Assembly: GCA_964635655.1 (NCBI GenBank)
Contig: CAZWOC010000003.1
Span: 13,751 to 77,750, forward strand
Length of the DNA: 64,000 nt
DNA from: an uncultured Rikenella sp.
GTDB lineage: Bacteria > Bacteroidota > Bacteroidia > Bacteroidales > VadinHA17
Reading direction: 5' to 3'
A program made the translations under genes and the position numbers. Position 1 is the first letter of the stretch. Each line of letters starts with the position of its first letter. The notes below the pieces were generated by a model. The model did not search any database and had not been told where the DNA came from. It worked only from the letters and a program-made list of their open reading frames with translations. This document shows, piece by piece, positions 18,178-24,876 of the stretch.

Positions 18178-19867
18178 ATCCTAAATCTCCTCTTGTTTCG
18201 TTATACGACGGTATGACGGAAGTGTCAGCAAATGAATTTTTTATCAGATTCAGATTGAGTGTGACCGAATGCTTTGGAAGGAAACGGTAATTTGAATTCA
18301 ACGAGGTGTTGTATATGATTCCTTCCTCTCCGTTCAGCCTGTTAATCATACATGCATTGTTCCAGTTCAGGGTGAGCTTGTCCTTCAGCAGTGACGACGA
18401 AATCCCCAGGGTACCGCCTGCAAGCTGATTTGAATAATTCTGGTTTACCATATTTGTATAATTGGCTCCAAGGCTCACATTTATCTTTTGTTTGACCAGA
18501 CCCAGCGAATACATCAGCATGGCAACCTTGGTATCCGTGTCTGTCATCTCCGAGGTCTGCTCGTTCTTGTCATTCAGCATCATCCAGTTCAGGTTGAGCA
18601 TCACCATGTGAGAGAAGCTCTGGGAAACCTTCATGAAGCGGGGAGAAAGGAGGAGGCTGTGATTGACCTGGTAGACCATCAGGGAGTTATCAGCAATGTT
18701 TTTAACCGCTTTCTGGTTGGTTGAAAAATTATTGTATGACAGATCTACCGCCCAGTTTTCATCAATTGTATAATTGCCTGACAATGCACCTATCATCCTT
18801 CTCGAAGTGCTGTTTTTTGAACCGTCGAGGTTGTCACGCTGCATCCCTATAGAACCCCGTGCCCTGATTTTGTTTTCAAGGAAGGAGAACGTCTGGTTGA
18901 AGGTGACCTGCTCCAGGTCGTTGTTGAAGAAGTAGCTTCCCATAGACTGGTATCCGGGGTCGATACGCCGGTATTCGATCGCGGAGCTCACGTTCCGTGA
19001 AAAATTGTACGAGAGGCTGGTTTTGATGGCCGAAAATCGCTGGCTTGTCTCATTTATGCTGATCAGGTTGCTTGCATAAAGCATCAGCCTGTCATTGATT
19101 GTATCCGAGGTGCCGAGTGTCGAGTTAGGTGTAAGGAAGCTCACCGAGCCGTCGACGCTGAATATCAGCTTAGAAGTGATGCTTATCCGGGAAGTCAGTC
19201 CCAGTGCAAGGTTTTGGGCAGGAACAGGATACTCAGGATTATCCGAAGGAACGAAGTTCTTCTTATTGTCACCGATCCGGAGCATTGAAACATCGACGAA
19301 TGTTTTCTCCGTGCCATAGCCAATTTTGCCGGCCCATCCCAGCCGTGTAAGTTTCGGAATAGAGTCAGCCATCAGCAGGTCATACTGTGAGGTTTCGTTG
19401 AACTTTCCGTAAACAGCTGCGAGCCTGAATTTTCCCGGTCTGGCTTCCAGCCCGGCGCCAAGAAATGTATGGCCGTTCAGGGTGAATTCAGAGAACGACA
19501 CATTCCTGTAACCCAGGTGGAGTGTCAGCCACTTCCAGGTAGGACTTATCCCGAACTGGTTGAAGGGCTGACTGAAGCCGGCTTTCTCATTGCTGTACCA
19601 TGTGAAGGAGAATGGCATGCTGATGCCGTAGACGGTGAGGGTGGCGTTTGCGTTCACCCCGAAGGCAAAGGGCGTCTGCCTGTCGGGAATGCCTGATGCA
19701 TTGTAGAATGCAGTGTTCAGACCGAGACTGCCGTTAACGGCGACAGGCTTCACATTCTTCAGGTCGGTTAAAGACTGCGCTTGCAGATTCACCGCAGTCA
19801 TCAGGAACAGAATTGTGCATAAAGGTTTGTTTATGCTTTTGATCAACACTTTACCTGGTTGTTTCAT
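18161..19867 (-). CDS. outer-membrane beta-barrel protein (568 aa), family not recognised
   Basis: Signal peptide ...LFLMTAVNLQAQS. Alternating-hydrophobic, N/S/T/Y-rich strands throughout. The C-terminus ...RGDLGYAFTF has the terminal aromatic residue typical of BAM substrates. Its last 17 nt overlap the giant gene's start. Confidence 0.65.
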   Translation of the reverse strand: MKQPGKVLIKSINKPLCTILFLMTAVNLQAQSLTDLKNVKPVAVNGSLGLNTAFYNASGIPDRQTPFAFGVNANATLTVYGISMPFSFTWYSNEKAGFSQPFNQFGISPTWKWLTLHLGYRNVSFSEFTLNGHTFLGAGLEARPGKFRLAAVYGKFNETSQYDLLMADSIPKLTRLGWAGKIGYGTEKTFVDVSMLRIGDNKKNFVPSDNPEYPVPAQNLALGLTSRISITSKLIFSVDGSVSFLTPNSTLGTSDTINDRLMLYASNLISINETSQRFSAIKTSLSYNFSRNVSSAIEYRRIDPGYQSMGSYFFNNDLEQVTFNQTFSFLENKIRARGSIGMQRDNLDGSKNSTSRRMIGALSGNYTIDENWAVDLSYNNFSTNQKAVKNIADNSLMVYQVNHSLLLSPRFMKVSQSFSHMVMLNLNWMMLNDKNEQTSEMTDTDTKVAMLMYSLGLVKQKINVSLGANYTNMVNQNYSNQLAGGTLGISSSLLKDKLTLNWNNACMINRLNGEEGIIYNTSLNSNYRFLPKHSVTLNLNLIKNSFADTSVIPSYNETRGDLGYAFTF

Positions 19868-20085
19868 TGGTTATGGAGGGGATATTTAGAGCAATTGGAT
19901 CAGCGGCAGAATGTACTCCGGGCACCTAAAGCGGGGAGGCTTTTTTATCGGATTTGATTACCGTTTTCATAAACAGGAATCTGAAAGGAGTATATATGGG
20001 TAATAATACCTATAAACTCACAACCAGGTTATTATATTGCAGGTACTTTAAACAGTTTAAAGGATATGTCATTCCCCAATTATCT

Positions 20086-20093
20086 TAATTTTG
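20086..20093 (+). promoter_or_regulatory. Bacteroidota -7 promoter box TAATTTTG (consensus TAnnTTTG)
   Basis: Exact consensus match, 32 nt upstream of the ATG at 20125. Confidence 0.45.
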
Positions 20094-20124
20094 CTCTTAG
20101 TGTAAAAAAAGGCCGACAAAAACT

Positions 20125-20634
20125 ATGAAAAGGAACTATATGAATCCGTACCTGGCAGGAGTGCTGCTGGGACTGGTATTACTGCTGGCAATGGTGGTCT
20201 CAGGCCGCGGACTGGGAGCCAGTGGCGGAATCAAATACTGCGTGGTCTCAGTTGTCGGGGCAGTAAGTCCGGAACATGTGAACCAGTCGGAATACTACTC
20301 CGGCTATTTTGAAAATGGCAAGAAGCCTCTCTTCAACTGGCTTACAGTTGAGATCTTCGGCGTGCTGCTGGGCGGATTTATTTCCGGAGCCATCTCCGGC
20401 AGGCTGAAGCTCCGGGTCGAGAAATCGCCCCGGATAACAAATACACGAAGACTTGTATTTGCCTTTCTGGGCGGCATGCTCTTTGTCTACGGAGGCCAGC
20501 TGGCGAGGGGGTGCACTTCCGGAGCCGCCCTCTCGGGAATGGCCGTTCTCTCCCTGGCCGGTTTCGTGACAATGGTTGCGATATTCGGTTCGGCTTTCGC
20601 ATTTGCGTGGTTCTTCAGGAAAAACTGGATATGA
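20125..20634 (+). CDS. YeeE/YedE family sulfur-compound (thiosulfate) transporter, half-size subunit 1
   Basis: Polytopic membrane protein with the Sulf_transp-type motif GGQLARGCTSGAALSG. Confidence 0.8.
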   Translation: MKRNYMNPYLAGVLLGLVLLLAMVVSGRGLGASGGIKYCVVSVVGAVSPEHVNQSEYYSGYFENGKKPLFNWLTVEIFGVLLGGFISGAISGRLKLRVEKSPRITNTRRLVFAFLGGMLFVYGGQLARGCTSGAALSGMAVLSLAGFVTMVAIFGSAFAFAWFFRKNWI

Positions 20635-20636
20635 AA

Positions 20637-20724
20637 GTCTGAAGGTCTGAAGGTCTGAAGGTCTGAAGGTCTGAGAGTCTGAAGGTCTGAGAGTCTGAAG
20701 GTCTGAAGGTCTTGCGGTCAAGGG
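20637..20724. repeat. 11-unit direct tandem array of an 8-bp motif (GTCTGAAG x7, GTCTGAGA x2, then GTCTTGCG, GTCAAGGG)
   Basis: Counted base by base. It begins 2 nt after the stop at 20632-20634 and ends 58 nt before the ATG at 20783. Confidence 0.95.
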
Positions 20725-20782
20725 TAATTCAGATACTGAGATATGGAAATGAGTTGAAAACAAACATTACTAAAAAAAGAAT

Positions 20783-21388
20783 ATGGCACCACTATCATCA
20801 TTATATCAGTTTCCCGAATGGCTGAACCTGCTGGCGGCCTTCGTAATAGGCACCGGGTTCGGGTTTGCCCTCGAGCAGGGCGGGTTCTCGTCGAGCCGCA
20901 AGCTTGCCGGGATGTTCTACGGGTATGACACCACAGTTCTGAAGGTGTTCTTCACTGCGGCCATTGTAGCACTGATCGGTTCCCAGTTCCTGGGCTACTT
21001 CGGGTTGCTCAACCTGAACCAGGTATATGTAAATGAATTCTATGTGACTGCCTCAATCGTTGGCGGAATCATAATGGGAGGCGGCTTCATAATGGGAGGC
21101 TTCTGCCCGGGTACCGGACTATGTGCCCTTTCGATAGGCAAGATCGATGCCATGATGTATATCTTCGGAGGCCTGGCAGGTGCATTCCTTTTCGCCGAGA
21201 CATGGCCGCTGATTGAAAAGGTGGCCATGGCGAATTACCGTGGACCGGTAAAAATCAATGAGGCACTCGGTATGTCAGCCGGCCTCTTTACCCTGATACT
21301 TGTTGCAGCTGCAGCAGCGATGTTCTGGCTGGCTGAAATGGCTGAAAAGAGGTTCGCCCGTCCTGATATCACAAATGACATTAACTGA
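20783..21388 (+). CDS. YeeE/YedE family sulfur-compound transporter, half-size subunit 2
   Basis: Polytopic membrane protein. Motif GGFIMGGFCPGTGLCALSIGK. Paired with the upstream half-size gene. Confidence 0.8.
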   Translation: MAPLSSLYQFPEWLNLLAAFVIGTGFGFALEQGGFSSSRKLAGMFYGYDTTVLKVFFTAAIVALIGSQFLGYFGLLNLNQVYVNEFYVTASIVGGIIMGGGFIMGGFCPGTGLCALSIGKIDAMMYIFGGLAGAFLFAETWPLIEKVAMANYRGPVKINEALGMSAGLFTLILVAAAAAMFWLAEMAEKRFARPDITNDIN

Positions 21389-21394
21389 CCTGAA

Positions 21395-22006
21395 ATGGAA
21401 ACCCGGAAACAAATTACGGTATTACTCCTTCTTCTGAGCCTTATCCTGGCACTGCTGCCGCTGGCGGCCAACAGGTCCTTCAGGGCCCGGCCTGCCCAGT
21501 TACTGGAAGAGGTGCTACAGAATTCAACTTCCTTCTCCGCTGACCAGGTGGCCGCGTTCATTGTAAGGGAAGCCGGTGATGTACAGTTGATTGACATGAG
21601 GACTGCCAATGAGTACAGGGATGCATTCATTCCCGGATCTGTCAGCGTCCCTTACGCCGATTTCATCCGGACGGACCCTGATGTATGGCTTCGCAACAGT
21701 GACATACGAGTTGTATTTTATTCATCTGATGCAACTGAGGCAGCCTCGGCAATGACTTATGCCAGGGGCATGGGATATGACAATGCATATTTCCTCAGAG
21801 GGGGAATGAACGAGTGGATAAAGACAGTATCTGAAACGGAGTATGCGGGCGAAAGGATAAGCGCCAGGGAAAATGCTCTTTTAGAGACACGCAGGAGGGC
21901 GGCCGATATGTACAATGAACTTCGCATCCTCCCTGACAGCCTTAAGGCCAAATACCTTGAGTCGAGGAAATTTTCAGCACGCAAACTTGACGGCGGATGC
22001 CAGTAA
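21395..22006 (+). CDS. membrane-anchored rhodanese-like domain protein (no obvious catalytic Cys)
   Basis: N-terminal TM (ITVLLLLLSLILALLPLAA). Rhodanese fold pattern LIDMRTANEYRDAFIPGSVSVP...VVFYSSDATEAASAMTYARGMGYDNAYFLRGGMNEW. The active-site loop position reads SSDATE rather than Cxxxxx. Confidence 0.7.
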   Translation: METRKQITVLLLLLSLILALLPLAANRSFRARPAQLLEEVLQNSTSFSADQVAAFIVREAGDVQLIDMRTANEYRDAFIPGSVSVPYADFIRTDPDVWLRNSDIRVVFYSSDATEAASAMTYARGMGYDNAYFLRGGMNEWIKTVSETEYAGERISARENALLETRRRAADMYNELRILPDSLKAKYLESRKFSARKLDGGCQ

Positions 22007-22017
22007 AAAGCATTACG

Positions 22018-22431
22018 ATGAAAACAGTCATTAAATATAAGTATGTACTGGCCGCAGTAGTTGTACTTGCAGTGATGGTCTTAATACGTGCCCTTAATCC
22101 CGGCATTTTCAGGTATGATGCCGTTAAGTGGGCAGAGCCGTCTGTCACGGGAGAGAACATTGTCACCCCTGAAAAGCTGCCGGCACACGGAGACGACATT
22201 CTTTTTGTAATCCTTGACACTGACTGCCAGGTGCCTGATATATCCGGTGCAGTCAAGCTGACAGCTGCTCCCGGGGACCTGCTGTCAGGTGAAAATCTCC
22301 GGAAAATCAGGAAAAGCAAGGGGCCGGTAGTGCTCTGTTCGGAAGACATATCAGTATCATCCAGAGTCTGGATGGTGCTCAGCCAGACAGGAATCAGGAA
22401 CCTGTACATATTGAAAAAAGATCCGGCCTGA
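22018..22431 (+). CDS. membrane-anchored rhodanese-like domain protein
   Basis: The ATG at 22018 (MKTVIKYKYVLAAVVVLAVMVLI) gives a TM anchor. The C-terminal ...GPVVLCSEDISVSSRVWMVLSQTGIRNLYIL resembles a rhodanese active-site loop plus the following helix. The assignment is weaker than for its neighbours. Confidence 0.5.
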   Translation: MKTVIKYKYVLAAVVVLAVMVLIRALNPGIFRYDAVKWAEPSVTGENIVTPEKLPAHGDDILFVILDTDCQVPDISGAVKLTAAPGDLLSGENLRKIRKSKGPVVLCSEDISVSSRVWMVLSQTGIRNLYILKKDPA

Positions 22432-22446
22432 CAGGCAGGCCGGATC
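22414..22446 (-). terminator. rho-independent terminator for the minus-strand rhodanese lipoprotein gene; it overlaps the stop codon of the convergent plus-strand gene
   Basis: Perfect 11-bp stem gatccggcctg / caggccggatc with a 5-nt loop. On the minus strand it is followed by TTTTTT (forward aaaaaa, 22414-22419). Confidence 0.75.
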
Positions 22447-22529
22447 AGATTCAGTTCCGGGGCGATGAATCCCGGTTTCAATTTTCCTCAGGAGGAGATC
22501 AGATTACATCTTCCCCGGAAAATCCGGGG

Positions 22530-23573
22530 TTATTTCTTCACAACCGGGAAATCATTTGACTCGGCAACCGTGAACGGCAGCCATGAAAGAGTCTCCTTCT
22601 CCCTGGTCATCTTGTCATACATGAAGCTGTTGTTCCCGTATTTAAGGGTTCTTGCATCATAACCGAAGAGTCTCAGGAAAGCGGTTGCAAATGCCGAGTT
22701 ATGACCTGTGCCACAATAGACAACAGTGATTTTGTCTGTGGGTATTGTCGCCATCATATCGGGGAAGCCGAGTGTCGCCTCTGGTTTGTAACGCACAGCT
22801 CCCGGGATGTGCCCGGCATCGTATTTATCCTTCCGTTCAAGGTTTATAACGAAGTACTTTGAGGGATCAGCAAACACCTCGTCAGCTGAGACAAGGATGT
22901 TTTCCGCACCCTGTTCAAACAGTTTCCGGAACCTGGCGTCACTGATTTCGCTTCCTGTCTGAAGCCCAGTACCGAGTACCGGCATGCCGGCAGCGGTGGG
23001 GGTTTCATTGGTCGCAGTCTCAAGACGGTCCTCATGTTTTGAGGATATACCCTTCAGCCATCCGGCCTCTGCATACTGTTTGTTCCATCCTCCCATGCCC
23101 CAGCGCATGGCAAAGACATTTCCGTATCCCATCATCCTGAGAAGGGCGGTGGTATAGCTTGACAGCTGTCCGTCTTCGCAGACAAGAACTATCTTGTCAT
23201 ATTCAAACGGCTTTATACCGGTCTGAAAGTATTCAGGAAGTTCGGTGAACTGCCTGCTGACAGCGCCCTCTATGTGGCCAGCAGCATATTGATCTGCCGG
23301 ACGAAGGTCGATTACCAGGTTCTTTTTGCCCAGTTCCTCATGTACTATCGACGCCTTTATGAGGCTCGGGAAATACTGGCTGTTGACATAGTCGCCGTTT
23401 TCCTCGAGGTCCTTCAGAAGCAGTGTTGTCTCATTGTCAATTACCGGGGCTGCGGCTGCAGACTTTTCAGCCACGGCCTCATGCTTCTTTCCGGTTCCCT
23501 TCCCTGTGCATCCTGCTGCAAGCAGTGAAACCAGCGCAACAGCAAGAATGCCAAAAATAAATCTGCTTTTCAT
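22530..23573 (-). CDS. tandem-rhodanese (sulfurtransferase-like) lipoprotein
   Basis: Lipobox LLAAGC. Two rhodanese domains, each with a Cys loop (IVLVCEDGQLSS... and VVYCGTGHNSAFATAFLRLFGYDARTLKYG). Confidence 0.8.
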   Translation of the reverse strand: MKSRFIFGILAVALVSLLAAGCTGKGTGKKHEAVAEKSAAAAPVIDNETTLLLKDLEENGDYVNSQYFPSLIKASIVHEELGKKNLVIDLRPADQYAAGHIEGAVSRQFTELPEYFQTGIKPFEYDKIVLVCEDGQLSSYTTALLRMMGYGNVFAMRWGMGGWNKQYAEAGWLKGISSKHEDRLETATNETPTAAGMPVLGTGLQTGSEISDARFRKLFEQGAENILVSADEVFADPSKYFVINLERKDKYDAGHIPGAVRYKPEATLGFPDMMATIPTDKITVVYCGTGHNSAFATAFLRLFGYDARTLKYGNNSFMYDKMTREKETLSWLPFTVAESNDFPVVKK

Positions 23574-23591
23574 GTCAGACTGTTAAGGTGA

Positions 23592-24659
23592 TTATTGGGC
23601 AACTGCAACGCGGTCCTTGTCAAGCCTGAGTGTCTCGGTGCGGTTACCCTTTTCGTCATACTTATACTGGGTTATGGCCACACCGTTGTCAGGACTGTTT
23701 ATAATGTTTCTGTCCTTATCCATGTTCCTGACCTCTGTCACGGCACCGTGTTTGTCATAGCTGTACTGTGTTACAGGGATCATTTTCCCGCCGACGTACT
23801 CATTATCCTGGTCAAACATGGCGGTTTCCTGCACATAGCCGTTTTCGTCATAGGTGCTTACCCTGCGTGACCATCCCCAGTAGAGGTTGGACATCTGACC
23901 CGTAACGTTGTAGACGGAGAACTTCAGGAGGTCACCATGTTCATTGGAATCGAACTGGAAATAGGATACACCTATGTCACCGCAGTTTTCGGCAGTGCAG
24001 TTGTAAAGTTTGTCATCCATGTAGTTGGCCATTTCGGTAACAAATCCCTTGTCGTTGTAGGTGAACCTGAGTTCGTAGAAGGGGCAGAACGGGTTCATGA
24101 CAGTCTCCTCACCTGCGAGGTTGTAGCGCTTCTCCTGAAGCTTGCCGTCAGGAAGAATTATCCAGACGTAGTTATGGATCTTGTTCCTGTTCTCAACAGG
24201 GTTTCCGTCTTTGTCGAGGAATCTGAGTGCAGTGCGGGTACCCTTGTCGTCGAGGGTATATTCGTAGGTAAAGGCGCCTCCTGACTCGATCTGCTGGCCG
24301 TTTTTATCGAAAAAGCGCTTGATCTGCTTATTGTCAGCTGTGTATTCATATGTTATCTTCGCGGCTCCGCCGAGTGATCCGTAGCTGAGGAGTTCTTCGC
24401 CTCTGACGAATTCAACTGAAGCAAGGCGCCCTGCATCGTCATAGATGAATTTGTAATTGTTTATTTCCTTTGCCTGTTCAGGGGTCAGTTCACGTGATCC
24501 TCTTTCGGTGTCCCATGGGGTTTCACTGAACAGGAGTGTCCTGAAATGAGCGGTACCGGTATTGGCTTCCTTTTTGGCAGGAGTCTGGTTGCAGGCTGTA
24601 ATCACTGCAACCGCCAGTGCCACAAAACCAATCATGAATGCTGTTTTTCTTGTTTTCAT
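23592..24659 (-). CDS. small YD/RHS-repeat-like lipoprotein, no toxin or enzymatic domain recognised
   Basis: Lipobox VITAC. Repeated YxYDxxGxxxE-type units (FIYDDAGRLASVEF, YEYTLDDKGTRTAL, FTYNDKGFVTEM, STYDENGYVQET, YSYDKHGAVTEV, YKYDEKGNRTET). There is an 18-nt gap to the downstream rhodanese gene. Confidence 0.6.
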   Translation of the reverse strand: MKTRKTAFMIGFVALAVAVITACNQTPAKKEANTGTAHFRTLLFSETPWDTERGSRELTPEQAKEINNYKFIYDDAGRLASVEFVRGEELLSYGSLGGAAKITYEYTADNKQIKRFFDKNGQQIESGGAFTYEYTLDDKGTRTALRFLDKDGNPVENRNKIHNYVWIILPDGKLQEKRYNLAGEETVMNPFCPFYELRFTYNDKGFVTEMANYMDDKLYNCTAENCGDIGVSYFQFDSNEHGDLLKFSVYNVTGQMSNLYWGWSRRVSTYDENGYVQETAMFDQDNEYVGGKMIPVTQYSYDKHGAVTEVRNMDKDRNIINSPDNGVAITQYKYDEKGNRTETLRLDKDRVAVAQ

Positions 24660-24784
24660 ACTTGCTTTTTTGTTTGATATCTCTAAAACAATGTCAGGTT
24701 TAAAAGGTTTCCGAAATATATGATTTAAATTAATATCCCGGTACCGTCAGATTGGCAGGGAAAGTGCGGCAACCCGGGCCTTGG

Positions 24785-24823
24785 CAGAAAGAAACGAGGC
24801 TGCTCCTTTTGAAACAGCCTCGT
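24785..24823 (-). terminator. rho-independent terminator after the tricorn-like protease gene
   Basis: 9-bp stem acgaggctg / cagcctcgt. On the minus strand it is followed by TTCTTTCTG. Confidence 0.6.
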
Positions 24824-24876
24824 ATATAAACCGGGATTTTTTATGACCAGGGGTAGAATGATAAACCGTCAGATTT

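Noticed and set aside
20637-20724. Possibility that the short repeat arrays are CRISPR arrays
   Set aside because: The units are 7-8 bp and abut head-to-tail with no spacers. There are no cas genes in the window.
20248-20763. 171-aa minus-strand ORF with the repeat RPSDLQTLRPSDSQTF...
   Set aside because: It is antisense to the YeeE/YedE gene, and its repetitive part is just the translation of the 8-bp tandem array. It has no independent coding signal.
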